The position numbers and the translations under genes were made by a program. Positions 49,560 to 62,700 of a stretch of 64,000 nucleotides of DNA are shown piece by piece. Within the stretch, counting starts at the first letter, position 1, and each line of letters starts with the position of its first letter. The notes below the pieces were generated by a model that was given only the letters and a program-made list of their open reading frames with translations, was not told the origin of the DNA and ran no database searches. The stretch covers positions 76,694,001 to 76,758,000 of the forward strand of contig OZ286461.1 of the NCBI GenBank assembly GCA_965644265.1, written 5' to 3'. This DNA comes from Glycera tridactyla (Eukaryota).

Positions 49560-50120
49560 AGATTAACGAAGCAACGAGCCGACCAACCAGCAGACAATTT
49601 CTCGCACAGAAACTCGAGCATAGAGATGTTCACTACTGCGTGACCACATGATACATCGGCCAACCGATATGGGTACTTGGAAGTATTTACCTGGTAAGGA
49701 CCGATTATGAAGAAACTGAGGATGAGATGGGATGGTGCAGCTTGGGTCAGGGGTACCACACGGGCCCACTGGGACAGGTAATGGAGACCAGCCGTAATGT
49801 GCACATAGCCCTACCAGGACCCACCGACCTAGCTACATTCATGCGGAGCACACTAAGAGCTAATTGCATCACACATTTACCAGGGCCCTCTGGGCTCATA
49901 TGCACACTACATGGAGCACGAAGTACAACACTATTGACTGAGTCGTCTGATACATTCACCGAAATCTGACAGGCATCGTACGTTGGGATACAAACGAAAT
50001 CTTCCCTGTCCGGTTCTTCAGTCTATGATTGCACTGGCGACAAGGCCTGAAACAGGATCTGTTTGTGCATATGTAAGGATACATCCCGGTAAATGACAAG
50101 AGCATCTTTGCATATCACTT
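49560..50120 (-). mobile_element. Possible highly decayed Ty3/gypsy integrase fragment
   Basis: Minus-strand IGPYQV...PYRL....GHAVVNISML resembles the GPY/F integrase C-terminal module. Upstream FTGMYPYICTNRSCF only loosely resembles the integrase core. Confidence 0.3.
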
Positions 50121-53100
50121 AAGCCACTTAACATTTGCAGGTGTATTCATAGTTGCCTGTCGCATTCATGTCCTCACAGAAATCAATAATTTCTGTGTGT
50201 GTGGATCCAAGATTGAGTCCGTCACAGGTGGACGGACATATTTTTTTCGCATTTTTTTGAGTGTATGTCTCCGGACAATCCATTTCTGAAAGAGTGCTTC
50301 TGATTGCCACCAGCAACATTTTCTATCCCGAAATGGATCAGACGAATAGATCCTCATATTCAATACGCTATAGCCAGACCTTAAAATAGAATTTTCATTT
50401 CTCCAGACATACTCCCAGACAGCGCATTCAAAATATCTCGATGAAAAAGATCTCAATATCCCCTGTGGCTTTCATGTATCTTTACAATTCCTTCTGTCTG
50501 TCCGTCTATCTACACACCCTCTCTATCTCTCTTTCACTCTCTTTCTTTATTTTCTCTCTCTAAATCTCCTTCATTAGAGTGCAGGAGGTTGCGGCGAAGG
50601 CGGTTTCAGACACGAACTCATGACATCTGAGTGGCCAGGCAGAAGCCTTATTTTAAAGGATACCTGCCTCTCAGGCAGCCTTCTTTTTACCATCGCCACT
50701 TGGGACTGCAGTTTACAAGACAAAAAATGGCAATATTTTAACAATTTTTTTGGCATGCTCATAGATGGTGATAAACTGCTCCATGATTTCCATGTAATCT
50801 GGTAGGAATGTTGTGAAAGTCTATCTGCTTTGTACGGATTACTCTGATAGATCTGTATCTCTCTACTTTTCATGGAAATGGTTCCTTCTCCTGGAATTTT
50901 CTTGCCAGCTCATGACCGATGTTGAGTCGCCATCAGGTTCGACACTGGTGATGATATGAATACTCTCTACCTTTTTCTGTTCATTTCAAAATCGTATGAT
51001 TGAGTGATTCATGAGTGAAATTCACATGTTTAATGATTGGGTTTTGAGAGTGAGATATCCCCATCTTGGCCATTTCAAACAGTGAGCAACTGGTGGACTG
51101 GATGAATGTGGCACCCACTTGACAGTGGAAAATTCAAATTGATTGCTCTCACACTCACCAGCAGAGTAGATGTCTATTACCAGGCATCCTTTTTATGGCA
51201 TATATGCCTAGTTTCTTCTGGTCACACTGGGTTGATAGACTAGTACTGTGACTTGTTGAGTGGTATATGCCCCCTGTACTGCCACTGCCACTCGCCCTGC
51301 CTAAATAATTTTCAGTCACGTTGGGTCATTAGAATAACCCCGCGATTTCCCTCGGTATTCATTCAAAATTAGCATTTGTGCCCCCTTCCATGGAAATGTC
51401 CCAACTTGAACCAGCAAGCAAAAGCTCCATTACCCCCAGAATCATATGGATGTGTACCAATATACATTCCACGCACATTCCTCCTTTTGGGAAACAGGGA
51501 TTCAAAACAGCAATCCTTTACCATAACAATGCTATCACTTGCCATATTTATTATTCAATAATCTACTCGTTGTCAGGTCATGAGTGGGGGTTACGGCCAC
51601 CGCGATAACACCAGATGGCAGTATTGAGACTGTTACACTTGCAACAGCCACCTCACTGATGCTACAGCTACACAATTCACACTGACAACAATTCACACTA
51701 TCCACTGTACACCCTTAATTGAAAATCGCATTGAATGTCCGATCAAACCATCGTTGCTATATCATGCTATATCAATTTTGAGTGTGTTGTCGCATTCATG
51801 CAGATTCAATATTAATACTAAATCCACACTTGCCTTCTTCACCCATGTATACCTCGTACCATGTTGTCACACTAGCTATGTACCTTGTTTCTTTAATGGT
51901 GGTATTTTCACGTGCAGTATTCTTTTGCATGAGCGAAAGCTGTTGATATGACCCTACGGGGTTATTGTATCTTTTGCAGTAATGAAAGTTTTTTTTTACA
52001 GTTTTTACAGTTTCACAGTTATGCCCATACGGGTTGATTATCTGATTTTTGTGGTCGACGCTGAATGATGATAAATTGTGATATTTGACAACCTTGTACA
52101 GATACTTTTGTTCTCGGAATTCACTATTTTTGACATCAGTTCCGTGCACGNNNNNNNNNNNNNNNNNNNNNNNNNNNNNNNNNNNNNNNNNNNNNNNNNN
52201 NNNNNNNNNNNNNNNNNNNNNNNNNNNNNNNNNNNNNNNNNNNNNNNNNNNNNNNNNNNNNNNNNNNNNNNNNNNNNNNNNNNNNNNNNNNNNNNNNNNN
52301 NNNNNNNNNNNNNNNNNNNNNNNNNNNNNNNNNNNNNNNNNNNNNNNNNNNNNNNNNNNNNNNNNNNNNNNNNNNNNNNNNNNNNNNNNNNNNNNNNNNN
52401 NNNNNNNNNNNNNNNNNNNNNNNNNNNNNNNNNNNNNNNNNNNNNNNNNNNNNNNNNNTGCACGAGCTGTTCGTGTTTGGCATGCCACGTGTCAAATCTG
52501 ATCAAAGTAGAACTCGCAGCTCGAGAAGGAGTCCGTTTAACAGAGCTTGAGGTGTGGCCCTCGTCCATGATCTCTCAATTAATGAGCAACCCATCTAACC
52601 TACAGCTAACTCTTCCCATTTGGTAAACGGTCCATCTAAGTCTCCGCGATATATTGACGACACTTTCCTTAATGGGGTGCGGTGAATACACTAGCTTTTT
52701 ATCAACTTAAGCCCCAAGAGTGATTACATAGATTGCTTTTTAATGAGATTTGAATGCACCGCGAGAAAGCTGGTGTTTCTAAGAATGAGTGGACCCCTTC
52801 ATCGCAGAAGACTTCCTATTATACTGCATAGCAACGCATATTTGATGCCGACGTCTCCTCTTGATTACATCAGCTGAAATATCTGAATCTGGGTCAGCTC
52901 ACGACTCCGTGATAACCAATCACAGTATGGTTAATGTAGGGCAAGTGTAATATCAGTTGTCTCCGTTACATGCAATATGAAGTCCGTTGAGGGATAACAA
53001 CATATCTCACCAGGTGGCACTATGACGCCGAACGTGGTTCACACTCAGGTGGATTGGAAGACAATTTTTCGAGGATAATTAATATTGACGATTTCATCCA

Positions 53101-56100
53101 AAATCCTGATGCCTGAAACTTTTGCCCTTCTTGCCTGATTCACATATAAGTATTCTGTAATCTGCATCACCTACAATTTCGAAACCTCTCGAATATTCGT
53201 GATTCTATTCTCACATTATCAATATCGCAATATATTTGGATACTTTCTCACTCAACCTGACGTCTATATTTCATAGTCGGCACTGCGCAATATTGATTAT
53301 ATCATATCAACAATCACGAGAATCATCCTCGAGCTAATGCTGATAACACTTATATCTTGGATTTCCTGATAAGAACATACAAAATCAGGGTGAATCGAGG
53401 CAAACTCTATGACATAACACTGACGTTCACTCGATGAACCACTGATGTCAAAGCATATGACATTCACAGAACATCCCTTGAAATTCATTATTGACAATAC
53501 CATCCACGATATCCAACGATACTTGCTGGAGGTCATACGAACGTGTGACCATCGTAAACGCAACGAAAACGCTTCGTGTCTTCACGAATCAATCATCCTT
53601 ACACACGAGACCGTACGTATGAGATCGAGAGTAGCATCATTTCCGGAACCAATTTCAGAGTTCACGGGGTCATCCTCAACTGACTCAATACTACTCGAGG
53701 TGGAGGAAATTCTGAATGAAAAAAACCTGCCGGCCAAGTGCTGACTGCGCTGTATGAATTTTGCATCGACGCAGCTGTGCGGAGACGTTGACTCTTTAAT
53801 GGAAACAATAATGGAATGCTCGTCTACTTTCCACGACTCATCTGCCTAATCTTGACGGCAGATTCATCAACTGGAATGTAAGTCAATTGCCGACAGATGC
53901 AATTACTACTATTTCTTTCGGGTATTGCACCCCATAATCGGTATGCGAAGAAGTCCAGGTTTGTTACTAGGATACGTATGTATCCTGCAATCCCTCGGAA
54001 ATCTTAGTAGACATCTAAGACCTCATTTTTACTTCAATAACTTTAAATCTGTGAATTCTGTGATTTTCCACCTTCCATCGTACATCAAGTGAGAGTAGTG
54101 TTGATAAATAGAATCATGCTCATCGCAAGGGCTCATCAATACAGTTCAATTGATGCTGACACAAGCAGACACAATTGAATCATCAGCTTTGGGAGGAATA
54201 TCCACCAGGCTGACATTCTCAGTCACACACCATCCGCAAGATAATTTTGGTGCCAAATGAAGATCTTTCACCAAATCAAAGACTGGAGTCGACAGCCGTC
54301 AATACTACAGTCTTAGTCTATAGGACTCCTACTCGGTCGGGTCAGCATAGCATCTAGGATCTGCTTCACGAAAGGGGTTTTCACATTCACAGTGACATAG
54401 GTGCTTTACCATGGATTTCTCAAAGCATGATTGTTTTGAGCGAACCTACTTGTGCACTCGATCTTTAGTGATTTGGGTCCAATGACCGCTGCATTGAAGT
54501 TCATAAGCTGCCAGCCTCACACAGAACGTAAACTTCCATCTCGTTCATGCAGAATTTGACAGATCGCACACTGTGCTTTATGGTTTCATGAACACATCAA
54601 TAAATAACCACTTGATCCGGAACTGATATTCAGGACGACAGCAAGTCATCCATAGTTTCGCTAGAAGTGGCACATTCCACAAAGTGTCTGGAGGGATTTG
54701 GTTGAGTCGCATGACCTTGATTTGGGGATCATTTGATTGACAACTCGTCACGCTAAAAATGTGCTGTCAAAGACTGCGGGTTGTGATCTGTGTTCAGAGT
54801 CAGGTATCATTCTGGTGATGCACTTATGGCATTGTCAAGCTCCGTCCAGATTAAGTAGGATGAGGGCGGTTGAATGATTATCACTTTTCTAGTGACGGCA
54901 GCTGTCCAGCGCTTATCCCAATCGGCTAACTTGTAGAAGTGCAATGATGATGATGATTCTAATAGTATCATCGGATCCAGTCATCTAGAGGGTTGAAGTG
55001 ATCGCACTTGTAACATTCCATTTCATTTACTTCACCTGGTGGATGGCAATTGTAGAATTATACCCTACTCAGTTCACTAAATGATTAGGCTGAACTAGGT
55101 TTGAATGAGAATGTATTACGTAGTCGTCATACTGAGGAAATTTTTTGAGTAAACACGATTGGATACGGGTGAATTTACATCCAATTCACAAAACTGTGGC
55201 CTCACATGGAAAACATCGATTAGAATAAATGCAGAGTGGAGTGACCTTATATAGAACTCAAGTCATTCACCTGCGAGGTATTGCCACCAGAATGGATAAA
55301 TGTGATATCGAGCAGGCGGTTTCTACCATCATGTGCGAGGGGCTTTGCGTAATATAGGGATTGGTACAAGGCGGGTAGAGTGCATGTAGTGTAGCAGACC
55401 CATCCCAGTTAATGGTGTATTGGGATCGATGCAGATTCATTTACACTGCATTCTCTTCACCATTGTCCCTGGAATAGCAGTCCCCTGCGAGAAGTGAGAC
55501 TTTCAATAGGTTCACCCAACGTCGCACATTCGATTCTGGACAATTTCCGAGCCCAAAACACATCCTCCGACAACCGAAACAATACTCTTGCTCGCCATTG
55601 TGGCATCGACTGTCGCTGAGAATCATAGCAGAATTTAGGTCCGTGCAAGTTGAAAACTAGTCATTCACATTGATTATGATTCAAAGGTAGTAACGCCGAA
55701 GAATAGGAAATAACACTGATATCAATATGATGACATGATATGCTTGCTGATTGACGATGAAATGTATGATGAGATGATGTCAATGTCTATGGGAGATGGG
55801 AACACGATGGAGATGGTGTGGATAAAAATGATGAGGTTGATATCGACAAAATGATAAATACATGTCGGATCTCTCTCTCTCACTCTCTCTTCCCCCTCTC
55901 TCTCTCTTTCTCTCTCTCACTCTCTCCCCCTCTCTCTCAATATATGTGTACGTGTGTGTGCTTGTAATCTCCAAGAGCAAGATGCAATATTTCCTGGCTT
56001 CTGTCTTGGAAGAGTGTATTGTTGCAATGATTGGAAAGTATGATAAAAGGAAACACGAAATTGTCTAGATGGAATGGCCTGTAACAGCGGCACACTGACA

Positions 56101-56121
56101 AACACACCCGCACCCCCCCCC

Positions 56122-56123
<2 letters not shown>

Positions 56124-56187
<64 letters not shown>
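56124..56187. repeat. (CA)n microsatellite
   Basis: Seen directly. Confidence 0.98.
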
Positions 56188-56189
<2 letters not shown>

Positions 56190-56531
56190 ATTGTCACATA
56201 TCTGTGGGTGTCATCACCTGTCATAAATACAAGCGGCCAATTTCCAGACGATTTCGAAGTAAATGTCTTGAAACAGGGTTAAAAAAGGTGAAAAACTTAC
56301 CTCGACATGAATGCATCCGTGGTCATTAATACTCATGAATTCAAAGTGGTTATCATTAATACACAATCAGGCAATTTGCATATGAGAATCCCGAAACGCC
56401 GGTCAAAATTTGTGACACAACAGTGATTGTGAAGACAGTGGCCCCAATACAAGATATCGGCAACGCTGGTGATGATGGTTACGACGATATATGAAGATGA
56501 TGATGAAGGTGCTGCTGCTGCTGCTACTGCA

Positions 56532-56597
<66 letters not shown>

Positions 56598-56771
56598 ATT
56601 CCCTGTGGTGGTGGTAGTGAAGGCGGTGGTGGTGGGATGATGATGTATCGATGGTGGTAGTGTTGGTGTTGGTGCTGGCGTTGGTGATAGCAGTTGTGAT
56701 GTCAGTCGTGGTGTTGATGGTGTAGGTGGTTGTGGTGATGATTGTGGTGTTCGTATAGTTGGTGGTTGTGG
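56532..56771. repeat. (GAT)n microsatellite (56532-56597) followed by a GGT/GTT-rich low-complexity tract running into a gap
   Basis: Seen directly. Confidence 0.95.
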
Positions 56772-57464
56772 NNNNNNNNNNNNNNNNNNNNNNNNNNNNN
56801 NNNNNNNNNNNNNNNNNNNNNNNNNNNNNNNNNNNNNNNNNNNNNNNNNNNNNNNNNNNNNNNNNNNNNNNNNNNNNNNNNNNNNNNNNNNNNNNNNNNN
56901 NNNNNNNNNNNNNNGCGGCTACGGTGAAGAAGACAGTGTTCAAGACGAATAGTCTGCCTGGGTGATACTTTCGTGATGTGATGGTGAATATAGACTGCTC
57001 TAATGGCAGTGTTGATCCTCGGGGACGCCAGTGTGACTGATGATACTACGGGATAGAGTGATGTAAATGATGGCGACTCATCTTACAGGGGGTTATGATG
57101 TAGCGCTGCCTGAGCTGAACCCCACACGTAACATAACCACTATATTACTTCCAGCAAAAATATCAGTAGCCCATTAGCTCTTAATCTTCGGGATCCAAGG
57201 CCATTGAATGCACTCCTTGAATCTCAAATGGTTTAACAACTATGGTTGGTTGCATGAATCAATACGATTTTCAAATTACGATGATCAATGGAGTGAGTAG
57301 TCATCAACCTCAGTACATTTCGAACCCGCACTTATGGTGTATTCCAGAATATCATACAAATTCCTATGAAGTACAGATTGTTGTCTCTGCAACATTATAC
57401 AAGATCAACCCATCCTGTCTGATAGGTGATATTAGTATATATTATGTACTGTTCATAGCCATCA

Positions 57465-57465
57465 T

Positions 57466-57498
<33 letters not shown>

Positions 57499-57518
57499 CT
57501 ATAGATATATATATATAT
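57465..57518. repeat. (TA)n microsatellite
   Basis: Seen directly. Confidence 0.95.
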
Positions 57519-59623
57519 AACCACACTAGACGTGTGCATTTTGAAAACGCACCAATAGTGTATTTCAGAATATTATATGGATCAATGTGAAATTCACATT
57601 GTTGTCTCCGTATCAGTATGTATTGAGCCCATCCAATATGATAGGCAATATCACCATGGATAATTTTAGTTTGTTATTGGAATATTATTGTTATTTCATA
57701 TAGTTGGTTATGCTACGGAGGAGTATGTGAATGTTAAATGTGGATGAAATTAAATCTCTGAGATGAGGAGAGGGCAAGGGCATGATCAAATACAATATGA
57801 CCATTCTGCTGTCCTGTGATACAGTGTATATTATTCGACAACGTCTACTGTTACTGTTATACTGCTAGCAACGTCATATCAACGTCAATTCTAGTAATAT
57901 CTATGTTCACACGTCAACAGGCAATAATGCCTCATGAAAATGAACACGGTCATGCGTTGTTATGGTATAATTACAGCGTCATGCGACATTGTGACGTCAT
58001 CTGCGTAGCGTCATGCGTATTTATGTCAAACTAGCATCATGCTTGATAGGCTGCCTGTGATTGTCATTGGTGTTAACATCGTGCATGTCATGACCGCTTG
58101 GTGAGATGAGTTCATCGCATCCTCTCACAGCACACTACGTACAACTCCATCATTGCGTCACTAAACAGCAGGTTCCAATAACAAAAATAATATGTGTCCT
58201 CTTCGAAGATCTCTCAAGATCAAAGAGTTGAAAACTTATATTTCTTTCAAATATGTGTCGGTATAGGCAAGCAATCCAAATGGTAGATGGCTTACTTCAC
58301 TGGGTAGACACCAGTTGATCTCCTCAGAAATTCATCTAGCGAACAAATCCTAGAATTGTGTATGTTTTCTAGGAAGCATATGATATATTTGAACAAGCTT
58401 TCCAAAAGTTCGCATATTTCTATGATTAAGTAAAATCAGATAGTCGACACTTCGAATTGCTCAATATTTGTGAGCCATCACAAGCAATTCTGTGAGTTTT
58501 GACACAGTTTTACTTCATGATAATTTTTCATCATTTCCGACAAGTTGATGGATGAAGAAGGCAACGTGATCTATTTCAGACAGCGTTTGAAACATAATCG
58601 AGAAAGTTTGCAGCAGAATAGACAGCTAGGTTGGATCAGTTTGTTATGGTGCTGGATATATCACAGAATAATCGAGGTGTTCGTAGTGCTCTATGTGAGA
58701 AACGGGAATATTTTTGACTTTGGTAAACACATTTTCATCACCGACTTCTTCAGACAGTAACTGTCTGAATTTATCTCGCATAGTGTGACGTGCCATTCTT
58801 TTTTTGACCTCACATTTTTCATCTGGACGCTCAATGCTTTCAGCAGCATTGCACCATTTGATACGACCCTCAAAAAAGGATGAAGATATTTTTATGCAGT
58901 TGACTTGTGCCTCAACTCCAGGATTTATGACTCTACAGAGATTTTTGTAGCTATGGTGGTCACAATAATCACAATCATTAGTGTCCAAATGACCAGTCAT
59001 TATCCATTGCGAGATGTCTGGTTTATTGGTTATGGCCTTTGATGGGATTACAAACCAGAATATATATGGCAATACAATGAGCCAATATATGTATCAACTT
59101 CAATCTCCTCAAATTGCAAGGAATACAATTGCAGGGCAACAAAAAGGATATGCACATATGCCATGATTATCCTTTTTTACTATAGTTCTTTATTATCAAT
59201 TTCGACACTGTTATCATTCTTATTAGAAGTTACATAAGCAGGGAACGTGATTGAAATTCTTGAAAGTTCAATACTGAATAGAATCCATTTAGTTTCTCAG
59301 AGTTTGAACCAGAGAAATATTTCCAGGATACTGCGGAAAGATTTGCAATTCTGCATTCGGCACAAGATCTATATGCTACACAGGAAAGTGGAATCTGTAT
59401 CTAAAAAACGCCCCATAATGTGATTTTTCTGCAGATAATGAGTAAACCCACAAATCCAAACTGTCAAAATATCTTCATCTAATTCAAGGGCTTCCAACTG
59501 AGGAATTATCCAATCTGGGGGAAAACAGGACTTGACGTTAAGAAGTACCGCTAAAGAAATCGTGCTTGAGTGACAAACGGACATGGACACGAGATATGGA
59601 CTTATATGCACAGAAATACTTAC

Positions 59624-59733
59624 TAATTATATAAGACTATATCTGGGGTCCATATTTTTGTCGCAGGAACGCGCACGTGGTCTACTCCGCCAAAGTCCTC
59701 AGGGTCCCATCGAAGAAGGATATCTTTCCACAG
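59624..59733 (-). CDS. nAChR 110-bp exon ([36 protein letters not shown])
   Basis: Conserved W.D..L.W.P...GG...VR.P...IW.PDIVLYN motif. Acceptor tcatttcag ends at 59734 and donor GTAAGT starts at 59623. A 110-bp exon with these phases is a conserved feature of nAChR genes. Confidence 0.95.
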
Positions 59734-62700
59734 CTGAAATGAATGAATGTCATGGATGTAACATAATGCACGTCGTTTAGGACGTCCGAAGACGTCGTAC
59801 TCCATACCTTGTCGCATTTGTTTTTTCTATCATATGAGTGTTATCTTTAGTATGTGTGTTTTGATCTGAAGTGATCTAGATGGTTGTCGTGTGTGTGTCT
59901 TCGGGATGATGATAAAAAGAAAGAAACGGAAAAAGATGCATGAGGTTGGATGAGTTGTAGAGTAACGGAAGTGGAGGTTGGGTAGGAGTAATGGACTCTG
60001 TCGAAATGAATGGCGGGTGGGGTGGAGGGTTCGCAGGACTGAGTCTGGCGTTTCAAGATGTAGGGGCTGGCGTTCGTGAGGTATTTTTCTCAGAGTGACA
60101 TATTCACTGGTAGATGCATTGGCCAGCTTGAATTCATGACCAATTCCTCTCAAGTCACCTGAAATATTGAGAAGACCTATTATTCACAGAACACAATCTT
60201 AGTATTATATATCCATAAATATCCATCTTACATCCTTGAGGAAGATCAGCAGCTGTCTGATTTCCAATTTCATGTTGACAACGACCTTCGTGAGGAAATT
60301 GATTATCAACATTCTAAGATAAATTAACTGCACAATGAAAGACTGAAATATCGCAATCTGGATAGGATAACGTGTTCCAAGTTTGCTCGAAAACAACCGA
60401 ACTTGACCTCCCAAGTACATAGGATGCACATGAATTTAGCTAGAGAGAACAGCATCAATGGAAATAGTTTGTGACAGATTACCGAATGCGGCTGAAAGCA
60501 GGAGTAAGGAGCATGCATGCGCATAGATATCACGCTTCTTTCATACACAAACATACTCATACATACATATGTATACATACATCTTCTTCGATATACATAT
60601 GTGGGAACATGACGTCCTGAGCACACATCGCATCAGTGGTGGTATACTGATCAGCGGCGACTTTATAATTCGAAACACATCTGTCTCCTTCTCTACATAA
60701 CCAACACTTTTTAAATATCTCTATCGCTATTTACATCACATGTGATCAAAACAGACAATTTGTAATAGTATTCACTGCCTTATGCAACTCCGACGAGTAT
60801 CAAATCTCAAAAATGCTGACTGTGATCTGAGATTGTTTCAGAGAACATGATATTTTAGATGGATAGTCGAATGAATATCATGCACTGCTCGTGCCTATGC
60901 TTTGGTCTGACCAAGATGGGTCACTTTTCAAATGAATTGTTGTAAATATTCTGCAGAGAAGACTCCATATTGATGATATGTTGCAAAGATGGCTACCGCT
61001 GTCATCCTCACTGACGTTGTTATCCATTTGATAGACATCTTCTATAGATACTTTCTAACACCATTATGATGTGGATTGACCATGAAACATATGCATGATT
61101 GTCTGCCTGTCCGAATGTCTCCCCTCTTTCAAACTTTCTCCAGTGATCCAATTGAAGAAGTGAATAGAAAATCAATACTTCTTCAAACTAGCCGTAATGA
61201 TGGTGAATAGTGTAGCAGATCTTCGTGATTTGACAGAGTATTTGGCAAATGTGGAGTATTATCATTTATCCACATATATCGTATCGTAATCGTAATGAAA
61301 GATGACTTGGGGTGCTGGTTTTGTATACACAATTGACAGGGACGGAAGTAGTATACGGATGTATGTGTATGGTGATATCAGTGTGCAAGGAGATGTGTCA
61401 CAGGTGAAGGGGTGAATGGAATAAGAGTAGGTAGTGTCACAGTAAATGATATCAGGCCTTAGGTACGCATTCGCTGACTGGATTCGCAAATCATGGAGTA
61501 TATCCCAGTCGCGTGACCAAGATTTGAAATGGGCTGAATATTATCTCCATTCAGTGCCATATCCGGATCAGTAACATTTTACATTACCATTACGAGATGT
61601 TGGAATTCCTGAAAGATATGTACATGTTGTAGACATGCAATCTATCATTATCGAACCTATACTCGTTTCTGCACCGAATTCAGAGCAGCCACTGTCATTG
61701 GGTGGAGATTTGAAAATCACACAACACTCAACCACACACGTTCTTCCACACACTGTATCCAGATCCCCGCATTTCCTATCAAGTCAACCTACACTATTTC
61801 GATCATGCTCGATGGAAGCGTTCGCAGAAAAGATTGTGAGATTCTATGTGATATATCAATTAGTGCACATGGTCGTATGCCGTTTCAATTACATTAACTC
61901 GTGTGATTTTTTTAGTGAATATCATCTGTGAACGCTCATGAGGATTGGGCTATTGATATGCCCTGAGCGTCTTTACATCAAAGAGAGACAATACTTATCG
62001 AAAAAAAAAACAATTCGGAGAAAAAAGGGACCTATCAAATTGAAACATCCAGTACTTTGGTGATGCTGGAAGATGGGTACATCGACACATTTTATGTGTA
62101 CTCTACTGTCTCGATTACAATTAGAATGTTTGAAAACGGTATGCATATTTCAAAATCATATATGAGCATGCATGGATCCATACACTACCACCCCTTATCA
62201 AGCTTATCAACTCATAGTATCTTGGAGCTGAACGGATTACATATAAATGGCTTGATAGTTATATTTAGAAGTGACAATATTGTATCTGGAGATATATATA
62301 TATACAAGATGTTCAACATGGATGAGAGGGACTGCTCCAATCTCGACACTGACATCATAAGTATACAGGATATTGATATGCCTCATCATGAGTAAAACTA
62401 CTAGATTCTAGTAGTACAACTGCATAATTTGAAATGAAAACAGCACTCTCTTGTTACATAGTCGAAGCGAGATACGACAAAGTGTTGCAGACATTCATAC
62501 AACATTCCACACAGCACATTCATGCTACAGACTCCTCACAATGCACGCATCGGTTAGGCATGACCAAATGGATGTGAAGCAGAGTGAAAGGGCTAGTAAA
62601 GCCATTCGATTATCGATTAAATTCAGGCTGTAGTTTGTCTAAACGTATGAACTGTTATTGGGATATAATCATGGACTAGATTGCTATTCTCACCTAAAAG

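Larger units (their letters stand above)
3408..59623 (-). other. ~56.2-kb phase-2 intron of the nAChR gene
   Basis: Donor TA|GTAAGT at 59623 and acceptor TGCAG|T at 3408. Splicing gives AAT TA|T GCC GAT = ...DIVLYN-Y-ADTRLKE, a continuous reading frame. Confidence 0.85.

Noticed and set aside
51796-52626. Long ORFs spanning N runs (also 4248-4599 and 56524-56965)
   Set aside because: Artefacts of translating assembly gaps.
52600-55700. Possible decayed DNA-transposase region
   Set aside because: Coding-like composition, but no motif, TIR or TSD that I could identify.
56469-56660. Poly-Asp/Ala/Gly ORF
   Set aside because: Translation of trinucleotide microsatellites; no splice or domain support.
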